This document shows, piece after piece, positions 34,401 through 49,400 of a stretch of 64,000 bases of DNA (position 1 is the first letter of the stretch; every line of letters starts with the position of its first letter). Location: assembly GCA_010909165.1 (NCBI GenBank), contig MU008186.1:62001-126000 (forward strand), given 5' to 3'. The notes below the pieces were generated by a model. The model was not told the origin of the DNA. It made no database searches and saw only the letters and a program-made list of their open reading frames with translations. This DNA comes from Anthoceros angustus. Lineage: Eukaryota; Plantae; Anthocerotophyta. The position numbers and the translations under genes are program-made.

Positions 34401-37400
34401 GTCATGCTGAGGTCGTAGAAATTGAGAAAGGACAACAATGGGATCAAGGCTTTTGCATTCGCCAAAACAAGCTCATCAAGTCGAGGCAACCACACCAGCT
34501 GATCTTTGTCGTAGTCCATGAGCTTCTGCAAAAATTGAGAGTCCCCAAGTTCTACTTTTGCCTGAGCCCATGTTGGTGTCTTCTTCAACACTGTCATCAC
34601 AGCTCCAAGAGTGAGCTCTACCAGGGCAGGGGGTTTTGCATATGCCTTGACTTCACTCATATCTTTCTTGGTGAGCACATTGAGTGCTTCTTCAGCAGCC
34701 AGCAGTGCAGGCATAGCCTTTTCCAATTCCTTTTTACATTCTGCGGCAATGACATTGCATTTTTCCGCTTCCTTTTCGATCCTTGCTGCTTCGGCATTCA
34801 CCTGTATATCAGATAGTCATCTATGTGCTATTTCTCAGAGTTGCACAGCCTGGTAAACAACAGCGAGCAGCAGCTACCGTTCTTTCTTGTTCATCCGCAG
34901 TACGCTTCTCCTGCACAATCTCCACCAACAGCTCTTCACACTCCTTCTTAGCTTTTGCAACAATCTCCTTCTTCTGTTGACATATGATCTGCAGAGCTGC
35001 CACCTGATCACGAGTAGCATTCAAAGCCGAGAGACCTCCTCTAAGTTTGGAGGCATTATCAGACAATTGCTTCTTTTTTTCTTGGAGAAGTTTCCTGTAT
35101 CTGAGGCGAGAAAAAATCTCTAAGGTAAGAGGCAGATAAGGGGATCACAAATAACATGAGTCGTTGAGGCTTCATCTGGTTTACCCCTTCGCAAATTCAA
35201 GGTAGCTAGTTGGTGTCACATAATATTGCCGCTTCAGCTGTGCAAGCATCTTCTGCGCCTGAACAGTCACTGATTTGTGTATCGTCACGAAGATTTTGCA
35301 TATGTTCGTCCTGGCTTCAGGGGAACCACCCAAATTTTCTTCATCTGACAACAGTTTTACGGATACCTCATAGAGAGCATCTTCTGGCCAGTCCAGGAAC
35401 CTGATCCAAAAGAGCACCAGGGTCACACGTCCCTCAAGTACTGCAAGAAAAACTTTCCAGAAAATTGGGGCCCCGCCTAGTGGTGTTGGGAGAAAGTAAA
35501 ATAGTTGGCTAAGCTCTCTACCAGTCAATGGTTGTGCAGTTGACTAAACCAGGAAACATCTGCAGTCTTTTGTGGAAAGCAGCTTGGACAGGGCTCAGAC
35601 ACAGAACCACATGAATATTCTCTTTCGCCCGTTCCATGAAGAAGGCTAGTAAGTCATCATCAGTCTCTCCCTTATTTGCTTTCTTGCAAGCAGCCCGAAC
35701 CCCTTCATAGATGACATTAAGATCGTCCTTGTTGAAAAGGTTGGGTACCTAGTTTTTCACCAGACATCAAACTCACGCCATTTTGTCTACAAAAAAACTG
35801 AAGCTTGCTCCGACAAAATGACAACAACACTTGAGGAGCAACTGCTATCAGTAACCTAGATATCGCAGCCAGAAATTTTAAGCCTTTACCTCCCCTGAAC
35901 TCAATATGTTGTTAATGTCCTCAAGAAATGTTTCTTGAATGATCTGGGTATCATCAAAGAGGAACACAGTAGGTCTCAGGTTCTCGCCTATCCCTGCTTG
36001 TTGAAAGAGTACTTTCAAGTCATCATGAAACTGTGCTGATTGATAATTTTTCGTGATCATGATGCTGAAAACCTGTTGATAGCACTATGACAATGTTACA
36101 AGCTAGCAACAATACAGTCCCTGTAAACATTCTTCAATCAGAAGAAGCTTTTGCCTGGATTAGGGTGACTGAATGCTAGGTGAATATGTAGACTGAATTT
36201 TCATGCGTAGGGGAAACAATGACTCACCTTCATATCTGCCACGAAGGAGCACAGCTTCGTGAGACTCTTGCGCCCACTTCCACCGATTCCCACTAGAAGC
36301 AGATTCCCTCGAGGTTGAAGCAGGACACGATGGATGCGGCAAATGTGCTCAATTGCATCCTTGAACAGCACCTAGCAAGACACCGAGTAGCCAGGCTTGA
36401 TTTCATAGCACTTTAATCAATGGTAAGTCACTCTGACAAGATCTTGGATGAGAGACCGACAATGCAGAAAGGAGCTGTGAGAGAGCATACAGAATTGTCG
36501 GAGGACTGGTGATTGACGTCCAGAAAGGAGGCAGAAAGCACAACCATTGTTGCAACTTGCCGGGCACTGAAGCTTACCAGATCCATTCCAAACATTCCAG
36601 GCTGCATTTTACATTCTTTCAAGTTTTCCTCAAGAGCTTCCTTCATTACAGGAAAACCAGGATTGGGCTCGTACAAGGGATGCTCTTCCATGCTGGATTG
36701 AAGAACGCTGGTAAAGAGCGGCATCTCATTTTTAAAAAGTGCTCTCCATTCCACATCAAAGTTTTCCTTCAATTTCGTTGTCAACAGATTCTGGATGTTG
36801 ACAAAAGATGTGAACCTTTAGAAGGGTGAACTCCACCGAAGCAACTGAATCTTTCTTGTCTAGCAAGAATTTATGAGCAAGCCACAACTTCCAAACTCCA
36901 CACGCTACAGCATCACAAACAGATGTTCGGATGATACATAAATATAGTGTCTGACAAGAACCTGAAGCCAGAGCTTGTCTTGTTTGTCCCACATGCGGTC
37001 ACCATAGACCCGGAAGCATTCATGACAGAAAAGCGAGTGCATTATATCTTTTGTGGTGTAGACGTCTTTAGAGGCTTGGAGGAGACCCTGAATAACCTGG
37101 ATCATAACTAGCATATGAGGTCAAATGCTTTGGTCTCATGCCAGCAAGGCAAAGTGTCTACTTTCATTACACTATCTCCTTTCAAGGGAGTTCATAACAA
37201 GCTTAGATTGTTTGGGTACACAAATGGGAAATTTTTCGAAAAGAATGAAGCAAATATGATTCTTAGCAATAATGCATTACTTTGGCAAGATCTCGCATGT
37301 TGAACAAATAGTGGCTCTTGCTTGGTATTGGCAGCAGCTCTGCAATGACGACATTGTAGACCTCGATGCACATTGCCACCAATGGTTCACCCAACAATCT

Positions 37401-40400
37401 GGCTTCATTTTCGAAATCGGCTAGTTTGGCCACAAGAATAGCACCAAATATTCTCTTCATCTGCTGGTCATTTGGAGCAGTTATGTTTACCTGGACAAGA
37501 TTCAGGCAGTGTCATAGGACACGTCAGTGAAGAAAAGCCTTTACACCCGGTGGCCATATTTCCTCCGCATGAACAAATATTCCCTAACAGATATGAGGAA
37601 TGGAAACCCGTGAAAAGTGGATACCAGTGAAAAGCAGGCCTGTATGCGCCGTGAGATGACATTTCGCCCACCACCAGGTGGAGCCATGGCACTCAAAAAT
37701 TGCATGTTCTTCACTTGTTTGATTTCCTGCTTCTGGCGGTCATACCAGAAGCCATTATCCATCCACAGCTTCAAGAGTTCCAAGGCTGGCATGAAACCAA
37801 ACTGGAACACCAAATGACGAAAAATGCTCAGGACAGTGTACCTCCAGCTTAGAGATCAAATTAAGTATGCTCTTCAAATTCAAATACAATGGGCGATACC
37901 TGACTCTTCTTGGGCATATTTAAGTCGTCAAGGAAAGCCAGCAGTTTCTTCCCTCCAGGTGGTGCGAATACACCTTTAGTGCGCTTTTCCAATCTTCCCT
38001 CTATTGTCTCCTGTCCATTGACATTCAAATAACTTCGCTTTGAGTGTCACTTCTCTAAAAGCCCTAGTGGAGATGGAACAAGAATCTGCCATCTCATACC
38101 TGCAGGCTGTTTGAGGAAGTCTGAGCTGAAAAGTTAATTGTCATTGTCGACAGGCCTTCTGGAAGGCTTGACAGTATAGAGTTGGCAATCAATGTCTTGC
38201 CTACTCCAACTTTACCCACAATCAATGCGTGCCGGTTTGCCAAGACAATTGTCTTAACTATAGAATTGGTCCTTACCTGAAGGAGATGCAACCAATAAGA
38301 TGAGCAAGCCAAGGGTTTACAGGACACTTTCAGGCAGTGGGCATACCGAGTCAACAGTCGGGACTTGAATTTTGTGGAATGGAGCTCCAACAGGCACTTT
38401 ATAATTTGAGGGAAGCTTCTCTTCCCATGAGGCAAAAACTTTCTTCTTCACATCTACAAAGTAGTCAAATACAGTACCTGTCACAGGATACCTGCATAGA
38501 CCTTGTCAAATTAGGCAGGGAGTTGCTGATGTAGAACTATCGCCTGATCTGTTGGTCTAAGAAACTCTAAAATCATTGGAAGCATTCACACATAGGTCCT
38601 TGATCCCCAGAACAAATGCCCCCTCGTGACACTCAAAATGTGGCTGCAACTCTGTGGTTTCCTTGTTAATTTGATCTGCTGACACAATAATTGATGCACT
38701 TCAACCAACCTGGAGTCGTAGTCTCTTATAAATATGTCAAATGTTTTTCGTCCTTCTTCATCAACACTCGCCCCAATTGACCAAGTCAAGCAAAATAAAA
38801 ACCAAGTTTCTATCATCGGAATGTAGTGGTCCCCTTCGGAGGGATGCACCCCATTTTCAGCTGTTGCCAAAGAATCAAAAAGCTTGGTGAAGGTTATAAT
38901 GCTGTTAAGATGATCAATTGGCACAATCTCCTTGCATTTGGTCCGTCGCACAAGTGCAGCCGCATCAACATATCTCAACAGAAGTTTGCGCAACTCTCTC
39001 AACAGAATCTGAGAAACAGTTCAAGAAATAGTGTAAGGAATATTTGACAAATGTAGGTGCAACTGCTGGAAAAGATAAGATCTGTCAGTCAGCCAAGAGG
39101 AAGTTCCGAAATTCGCAACCAGAAGACCTTTGCCCAGTTGGACTCAGAACAATGACAGAAATTGTATGAGTTGTTTTGATTGACTACCGGATCTGCAGCA
39201 GCTGCCACCTTCCGCTGAAGCCAGGACTCTACATACGGCCACCATCCTAGCTCCTCAACATTGAGATATATCATACCTGCACGACTGACAGTTGCAGGTG
39301 AAGCTTGCGACAGGTCTTCAACTTCAAACAATAACGAGACCTGCATATAAACAGGGTCAATCAGATACCACATTTCAAGAGAGGGGGGCAGCATTCTTTT
39401 TAGTCACGAGGAAGTAGTTGCATGCCTGAAGGGGCATAGAGATACGTTCCCCATTCAGCAGGGTAAGGATTTTGTTATCATCCAGCAGTGTATTCATAGA
39501 CTCAATCCACAGTGTATCCACTGGCCCGTCAAAAAGAATCCATTTGCAGTCTAAACCTTCATCATTGCAAACTATTCTCATAATGTGTGAAAGGACACCG
39601 TCTGTCCACTCGTTTGTTAGCTTACTATATGCACCATAGATTTCATCATTAGATAAGGCAAGGGAGTTCATTATGTGAACATGCACATGCTCCCATTCTT
39701 CAACTAGCTGGTCTTTAAGATGGCCCTGAGCACGTGAGAGAGCCTTCCATGCCTCAGTTTTCCCTGAGCCAGTCTTACCCACCAACATATTACCATGCCT
39801 TGCCACCATACAGTCATACACCTGCAAGGACAAATGAAAATATCAGCTCCTCTCCTGCCTGAACTCGAGAACACATATTAGCTTCCAATTCACTGCTCAT
39901 AGCAGCGTACCTGGATGCACTTTATAATAAACGCATCCACCACCTGCAACCCGTGAGCGGTGAGCACATGCCGGAGAGCCCCCTTCAGCACTTCGGCTTC
40001 CTTTGCGGCCAGCTCGAGACCAGGGAACAAGTCTGAGAGTAAAGCGTTGAACAGGGGAATGTCTTGAAAGACAAGCTTTGGCATAATCAAATCTCTCATT
40101 GAGCGTTGAAGGATCACTTCCTCAGGGATATCAGGATCTATCCGCTTCACAGACCCCGCCATTCGGGCAATTGGAATAACAAAGGAGCGAAGACCATAAT
40201 CATAGTGATCTTGTTTGGACAGTTGCCGTTGTGAGAGCTCCATCACAGCAATCAACTTCTTTGCAAGCACCTGTACAAGGTGAGCATGGGCGGTATATGA
40301 ACATTGACAGCATGAAGGACATGCTAACAAGCCATGGGCTAGAGATGTATGTCCACACCTTAGCAGTCTGAAAGCCTTCACTGAAAAGCATGTTTTCCCC

Positions 40401-43400
40401 AATCAAGCAGAAATCGGGAAGCATCATAGACACCGGCCTCAACATTGCTTTTAGATTTTCAGGCAACTCACTCCGACCGGCATAACCAGGATTCATGGTG
40501 ACAAAGATACCACAGGTCCGAATGAGACGTATCTCAACTCCCTCAAAAACAAAGCGGTCAACTCCTGATTTGATACCAGCCATCACAGCAGAAATTTGGG
40601 AGGCTACCACAGATAAAACCTCAACCTCAATTCGATTGAACTCATCAAGACAAGTCCAAGCTCCAGTTTGGGCCAACCCAGAAAACATCTTTCCAGTCAT
40701 TTTGTAGTCCACTCCGTCAGAGCAATTGAACACAATAACATACCTACAATCATTTTTGCATCATGCAATTCACACCTTTTAACAATTCGCAATCAGCACC
40801 ATGCAACATCATAGTTTCTCCAGAAAATTGAAACTTCCAATCGTCCTCAAAGCAATCAGCTCTAACCTTGCAAGGGCCTTCCCAAAGTCTTTCACCGTCT
40901 CTGTTTTCCCAGTCCCTGCAGGTCCCAAGGGGTTCCCTCCACGGCGCGTGAAGAGGGCAGCACCCAGTGTGATGTAACATCTATCTGTAAGAGGAGTTAT
41001 CACAAGTCGCCCATTGTTGCCCTGATACTCATATCCATAGGAAAAGATAGAAAGCACCTGTTAAGCACATAACCACAGCAAATTTGACCCTTATCCTCAT
41101 GTACACCCAAAATTTTGCTTGCACTGCAAGTGCCAGGAAAAGCCGATGTAACAGCTAAGAAAGCATTCTGAAGCTAGAAGCTGGTTCCTGTTACCTGCTT
41201 GATTGCACAGTCTTCTTTTTCCCAGTAGAATCTTAGCTGGGATGACCACTCAAAGTCAGTGGCCGCACTGCAGCCCACTTTTATGAGTTTCTCAATCACA
41301 TCTCGAGAATGCACCTCTATTGTGATCAGTGCTGTCTGTAGACACAGCACATTTATGAACACACACAATTTGCAAAACATACAGATAAGGCGGTCCTGTA
41401 CCGTTGTACACAGTTCTTACAAGCACTCTTGCATTAATTAAAAACATAAACTCACGGTTTTGTTCCGGTCAATCTTTGAAAGCTTAGTCCTTGTCATATC
41501 AGTGAGCTTGTTTAGGTAGCTTATCCACTTTTTGAATACTTTCTTGCATGCCGCTTTGCTAGTATCCGTCCCATTTAAAGCTTTTTCACACTCAGCGGTC
41601 CATTTGACCTGCCCTGCACTGTCAGCATGTGATGTCAGCAGAATTCTTCGTCAGTTCCCAGATATAGTGGGTTCTAAGAACAATGAAACTTAATTTAATT
41701 GCCTGACAAAAGGTTACCCTTCTTGTGACTAGCTGTGTTTACACTAACCTTATAACACACTGTCCAGCATTCTCTTTAACCCACTTGTCTTTCTTTGCTT
41801 GCTTGCTTTCTTCTAGTGCCTTTGCAAGATGAACCTTAAGTGTTGCACGCATTGCAACTTCGATCTACACACCAGGAGAAAACTCATAAGCTATCAAGCA
41901 CCTGCCAGTAGTATTTAGTAGGCAGAAGAGCCAGATAATAAGGAACAGCTAATATAACTCAATAGATCACCTAGACTTATGTACAAGCATAGCTACCTTT
42001 ACTAGCCATTCCTCGGGCCTTGTATCCAGGACTTGAGTAGTCTGAAAGGGAAGGTACTCCCCATCTGGGGAGAATATCCCCGATGCTTCATAGTGTTTGC
42101 GACCATCTGAACCAGGTGTTTGCATCTCCAATCGTTTGATTCCTTCAAAACACTTTTTTAAATGGGGCTGCAAATGATATGGACGGTGTCAGCCTCCAGT
42201 ATAACATGACCCTTGTCAATACCCTTAAGCGAAAAGGGAGAGTTGTTATGATGATAACTATTATCTTGCCTGGACATTTCGCGGGTCTTTTGCCTGACCA
42301 AGAATTTCCAGAAGATTGTCACTGGACAGGAAGTAGAATCTCGGGAATTGCTGCCGTTTCTGCTCCAGGTAGTCCTCCAAGGATTTTTGAATCTTTTCGA
42401 GCTTTTTATCCATCTCAATGAATATGTCAAGCAGATTAGGAATCTCCGTTGCCTTCAAGGCATTTCTGATCTCCTGTTTAGACAAATTTGAATGAGATTT
42501 CCTAAACTGGTCAAGTCATATCGCCATGAAACCTCCACCCAGCTTGCTGGAAGCACTCACATATACTTGACGCATGTATGTAGAGAAGCTGTCATTAACT
42601 GCATCAAAACTTGCAGTTTCTACAGGCAGCTGTTTTCGGATATCCTCAGAACCAACAAATATATTTTCCAAATAAGCCCATGTCCGTTGAACCTGTAAGT
42701 CACGAGCTCAGTCATCTACTCTCTGCTTAGGCTTCATTCCCCACCACAACAACTTCCTTTTTAATGAGTGTTCATGCTAAAACATTACCTGGGTGATCAT
42801 TTCTATTGTCTCTGAAACAAGACTTAATTTTTTTTCCCAGATGTTAATGTCATGTGCAAAGTGCAGATGAAAACGGTTAGACTTCATTGAGGACAGCACC
42901 ACCCTATTGTCTTCCAGCACCACAAATATGTCTTCAGTTCCCCTAATCTTATAAACCTGCACAAATTTAGTGCATGTAATGCTTACTGTCAAAGTGGAAT
43001 CTGGATATCATCGACCAAGAAGAGAAAGACAAGACAAAGACAAATGTCCCTGGACTACTCTTGAGGAGAGTCGAAACTGCCCGTATTACCATGACAGAAC
43101 ACCCAGACATCCGACAAACCTGCTTTTCTGGAACCATGTCAAGATCAAGACTCTGCCAATTTTCTTTTATCTTGTTCAGGGCTTCCTCAATAGCCAATTC
43201 CTTGCTTGCAGCCACGCTCAAGTCACAGATTGTGGCAACATGCAGATCCAACCGAAGCTCCGCCACCTATTACCAGGCACATTAGGAATAAGCGTCTCCC
43301 TTCCAACACAATAGCTTGACTATTCGCAAAATCGGTCTTCCCAGACCTTTGCAAGAGTGAAAGAGCTCGATGTGGGATCAAACACGTGCCCAACATGATC

Positions 43401-46400
43401 TTGTAACTGTTTCCAGTGGCGCTCACGCATTGCAGGGTTTCTCAGATCCACTGTAAGAGGCAAGGTGGCTTTAAATGAGTCGATGGATTCCTTGAGATCA
43501 ACCCACACGGGCCACCTGTGATACATTTTGACTGGAATGTGTTAGGAAGGTCCAATACAGAAGTTCTGTCACTTGTGCAGCAGTACATTGAGGGCACTTA
43601 CGTCTTTGTGTCACGCCCAATCTTGAAAACACGCTTGCTGAACTGTGCAGCAGAGGACTCCATGGAATCTACATCAAGCTCGCTGAACAGACCATCTTTC
43701 CAGCTATCAAACGCTTCATGCCATTCCTTTTTCACATTCCACATGTTCCGAATAATTTCCAGTTCCTTTAGTGTCTGAGCATTCTCTTTGTACATCAACT
43801 TCTCCATTCCGAAAAGACTCATTCCAGCCCAGACATCAGCACCTCGTCTCTGGAAGGCTTCAATCTGAGGGTCACACATGTGACGGTTAACACATTAGTG
43901 TGATATCGGGACCAACATCAGTCCATCACAGAGCCCTGATACTCCAAAATAACAATAGAGTTCCTGCCTTAGCAGCTTCCTCTTCAATGAACTTCAAAGC
44001 ATCAACTACAGATGTCGCATTTGTCATAGGGACACGTTCCACAAATCGGGCACGTGTGTCCACCATCTGTGTCATTCCAAAAGCATCACATAATGCAACC
44101 AAAGCAGCAGTGAGAATGTACTCCACTGTGCCTCCAGAAAACCACTTCACAAACAACTTGGTTTCCCGTACCTCTGCAGTGAAAACCTCCACAATCTTGG
44201 TCAGTGTGTCATGGAACTGTTGCTTTGACTCTTCAAGCTTCTTCTCAACATCTTTCAGCATCTGTTGGAAGGCTTCCCACTGCTTAGGCAGACTTTCCAG
44301 TTGTAGCTTCTCGTCGTCTGCTACAGATACCTGTAGAATATTAACAACCTCAGAATCTGGATAGGCCAACTGGATTGCTTCGCTGCAGAGTCTGTGCTCC
44401 TACTCCACAAGGATGATGGCAAGTCCGACCTCAAATCTCGCAAGCGCTCTGTATTTTTCCTGCAGCGGCTCAAATCGTGCTTGTACCACAGGGCACTCCT
44501 CCACAACAAGCTCCCATTTCTTGTTGGTATCTGTCAGCATGTCCAGATTCTCTGGTGGGATGTTGAGCTCCTCTGTGTGCCTGAATTGCAAGGCAGGAAG
44601 ATACTTTGTTTTTCAATAGCCATATACTGGGAAAGAATGTCGAATAAACCACTGCCAGAAACAGCAAAGCGGGATAGAAAGCTTAAAATGGCGCACTTTG
44701 CTAGATAAGCATTAATAGAGTCCAGCTCTGTCTTGGCCACAGCATTCAATAGAGTCCTGAGGACAGCACACACGGTTGCCTTCCATTAGTTCATGGCACC
44801 TTGATGGTAGCAGAAGGCAATGAAACTGCCAGAGTCTCCCTACGTGAATTTAAGCACCCATCCTTCACAGTGTGCTATAACAGCCTGCTTGAGGGGCCCA
44901 CAATCTACTCTTAAGAATCGCAAATTTGTGATTGTTTCCTCAGCCTACACAAGTCCACACAACACTAACACCAATTGGTACCCTTCATTAAACACAGCCG
45001 GAGTGAGATCCCTGACACCCTACACCATTGCGAGGCCAAAGTGCCCCACTACTGGCATGTCATGTTCCCTGACAGCAAAGAATTAAAATTTCACCTGAAC
45101 ATCGTCCTGCAGGTCACGATACTTGATAATGTCACTCTCAAATGCAGAAAGGGGCTTCTTTGCCTTCTCATACCTGAATGAATTGAGAGTCCTATTATAT
45201 GAGAAAACGAAAGCACCAAATATATAACCTCCAACTGTGACATATATTCGAGCCTGGCCGAGTCATCACCTTCGTATATATGCTTCCTTATCCTGGTCCC
45301 AAACACTCTTGTACTTCTTCTCCCAGTACTGTAAGAACTGCTGCACTCTATCGACTATACCTAAAACACCCTGTGTGATCATCATATGTGTTGTCTCTTG
45401 ATCAACGGCAATCGTCTGCAAAATCACCAGTAGGAGATCTTATACCCTCGTCCAGGATGAACAAGTGAATATGATCCTGCAAGTTAAATGTGCTGCCTAC
45501 ATCAGGCTCACCTCATAAAAACTTGGCAATCTGTTTGCCTGAAATCCTGGAAGCAAGGCAGCCTGACCAATTGGCTCATCATGGGTTGCTGTCTCCGGTA
45601 CAGCAAGTGGTTCTTTCCTCAGACGTGGCACCACTGTTATGACAGTTACCAGCTCCCTTCCAACAAACTGAACAACTCCAAGGATTTCCTGGGCATTGCG
45701 CAAATAGATGGAAGGGTCATACCGCCTGTAAAATTTGAGCCCTTCATATTCTGTTTCCAGAAAAGCGTTTCAGATATACTTTTGAAGTGAGCAGACCTGA
45801 ACGTTGGGCGTGAGCTGTACATGACCAGATGCCTTGTCAAGCATTGCCACAGTGTTAAATAACGGTGAAATCGTTTTTGATTCAGAATTAACTGAATGAG
45901 TGAGAACCTCTAAGGATCTCGTGACTGTGTTCCGTAGGGCAACTTCCAATTTCTCTTCAACCTGACAATCACTTCAACATCACACCCAAAATGTTATAGA
46001 GCCAGCTCTTTGGTGTCCACCACTGTATGCCTCCAAAACGTTCTTTCAACATAGCTGAGGCATGACAAGCAATGTTGTCCCTCTGCTTCAAACTACACTC
46101 GACTATATACATTTTGTAAACTATACCTGACTCCGGTATGTATCCCACTTGTGGTGCACTTCTTCCAAATCACTTGGGCATTTTGAGTATGCAGTATCAA
46201 TGATATCCTTGATTGTGGTACACGCTTTCTCAAGTCGTTTCATCATTGTGGCTCTATATTCCTCTTGCTTTGTGTCAAATTCCTTGATGTCATAGATCCG
46301 TTTCCTTTGCAGACTGATTAGCCAAGACTCCCCAATTTGATTACAGAGATTTGTTATCTTTTTGCCTGCATGCTTAACATGTGCGACAGTCTCCTCCAGG

Positions 46401-49400
46401 ATGAAGCAGTTCAGGTGCACGATCTTCAAGTACTGCGCTAACTCTGTGGAGTTTGCTAGCCAGTTCAGCTAACAACAACACATTCAGAATAAGCTCACAC
46501 CATTGTACAGCCCCAGATCCCAGACAAACAGCATATGGACTACAATGCCAGAGTTGCAGAAAAAACATGTTTGCAGTATTTCAGAATGCCCACACGCAAA
46601 GCTGTTAAGCAAATGGCCCAGTCCCTGGCTATGACGTAAGATGATTCATACTCTGTCCAAGCCAGGGTGGATGCAGTTTTCAAGCTGATTGACCCTGTCC
46701 GCTACAAGCCCCTTCATTTCTGCCTCCAAACTTGCTATTAACTGGAACCAAATGCAAAATCAGACTCAGTAAATAGTTGAAACGGCAAGTGGTGTCCTGA
46801 ACACAACATCAGGCAGTTCCATGTTGACGGCAGGATAGCAGACCTATATTTCACGTCCTCAGACATAGGGTTATATATGCATAATTGAATTTGACAGTAA
46901 GAACCTTGTTATGCTCACGGGTGACCACAACAATGTCTGCTCTCAATACCCTCAGCACCTCATAACCTTCTAAAGTTTCAGAAGCAATTGGCGGGATATC
47001 CCAACCAAGGTTTCTCCAGTAGTGCACCTACAATGATATGCCAACACAGAAATACTCAGAGTGCCGCTCTGCCATTCCATGGCCACAAGCTTGTCAGAAA
47101 TAGAAAGGACTGCCCAAGGCACTTGCTAGAAAGATGACCTCATGGAACAGAGTTTGCAGCGATGGATCAAATCTGACGACCAAGCCATCGCCACCATCAT
47201 CAAGTAGACTCTTTTCAAGCTTCTTCTTTGAGTGTGCATCGATGTGACTGCTCCATTCTTGGTGCTGACTTTGAATAAACTGTAAGCAGACTAAATATGG
47301 TCTTTCAGCGCAAGCTTATAGATGGATATCTCATGACGACCAAATTCTTCAATTAAGACAGGTGCGTTAGTCCCCCCTGTCCGCAGCTTTAGGTCCAATA
47401 ATATTAGCTAATCAAACGACTTGTTGGGCAAAGATGAGGATTGCTGGAAGAGGTACCTGCTCAATAGATGAGATGATTTGAGAGTATTGAAGCATTATCT
47501 CACATGCCTCAGGTGCCTCGAGCAAATAGGGGGCAGCATTTAGCAACAGCTGCATTGGTCGATTCATCCTGCTCTTAAAATGGAGAGCCCACATGGCGGA
47601 GCCGGCGAATCGTGGAAATGAGTAATCCAACAAGGGCCTTCGACGAAGCTGATCAAATTGCTTCTTCAATATATTCAGTTCAGAACTAAATGCAACACAC
47701 ACCTGCAAAACCAGCAGCATGCCTGCAATTGAGTCCATGATAGTACAGAAGAAACAGCAGCTTGACATCTAATATGGCCAGCTGTAAGTTCTGTACAAGT
47801 TACAGGTTCACAAACATCACTTGCGACGCCATTTGAGAAACACAATCAACAATAGGCTGTCGGCAGGCCATAAGTTTGAAGCCCTCCAACAACTCAATAC
47901 TCTCGGCCAGTGAAGAAGCATGACGAAATGCCATAAACATCACATTTTGTGTCATGACCTGTGCACATGTTGACAGAGGTCTTCTCAACAACAACCCTTT
48001 GATTTCACAGAAAAATTTCTTAGATCAACCACATCCGGAAGTCACCTCAAGGTCCTTGACATTTTCTTTGTACTCATGAAAATCATCATGCCAACGCGTC
48101 ACTTTCACATCTAACAAGCTGTACGATAAAGATCTCAGCACAGAAACAAGTTTTTGAAAGGCTTCCTTCAACTCCAGAAGCGATTTGGTAATCTCAGGGC
48201 CTCGTGTGCCCCCAAAAGCTGGCAGCTTGACCTTCAGTGAGTACTGACTTTGTCCATCGCAAACCTGGCAAGTTATGTTACATAACAGATCACTATACTT
48301 GATACTGAAAAACATATTTTCTATTACTTTAGCCTGTCATTTTCCAGGCCTCGATATCCAACCTCGAGCATGTTAGCACATCTTTGTATAAAAGCTTCCA
48401 CGGGTGCAAAAACACTTTTGCTTCCCCATTCTGCTAGCCCCTTGTCAGCAACCTTCGGAATAGTGTGCTCAGGTCTGGAGGCATCAATCGTCGAGCCTCT
48501 AATAGACAGGGTTAAGTCAGACGAAACCTCCATCATTTCTGCATACAGCCGCCTCCAGGCCTCACAAGCTTGAATGCTTTCCTGCAATGCAGTTCTACAC
48601 CTGTCTACTGTGCCTTCAAACATCTCCGTGAGCGGTATTCCCTGAGTGCAATGATTGATTATCTCATTGCTCACCTGCAGCAGCAGTGAAGTTGGCATTT
48701 GCGAGCACAAGAGCAGAACAGAGCAGTTAACAACGTCAAGGCCTGCAGCACTGTAGTTACCTTACAGAGAAGTCCTGTGACCTTCTCTGGAGTACTGAAA
48801 TAGCTACAAAGCTTCCATATCATCCGAATGCGCTGTAGCAGCTTCGGAAGTAAAAAAGGCAGATCACGGATTTCAGATGACAATATTTCCCTACACGGCT
48901 CTTCCAAAAACACTAAGAACTTCAGATTCTCTTCAGCAACCACTGCCTCTTGTTCAATTTTTTTGGAAAGACTCAAGAATGGCTCCAAGTAAGTGGATTT
49001 TTGCCGATCCAGTATAGTCAAGAGAGCAGCAACTCCCTGCATTGGCATGAACTTGGACATAACCCACAATATGTTGCGAACATGAACAGGAAAGCTAGTT
49101 CAAGTCACCCAAGATCCATGACAAAAGGTGGATAGTATAGGAGACGTTTTCAGCTTACAGGACTATTAATCTGATCACGTATTCCACAGAGATCAGCACT
49201 GCGGCCACGCCAAAACTCCACTTCAGCTAAAGGGCCTGTGGATTCACCGTCTGAAAACCTCTCCTGATTTCTTACCACCTGCGCAGACCACTCATCCCTG
49301 TGTCAGACGATATCCATGCCCCATGAGTTGTGGAAATCTGGCATAACATGGGCAGCCACTAAAGATATGGAGTATTGAGAAGGCTGAAACCTCCTTGATT

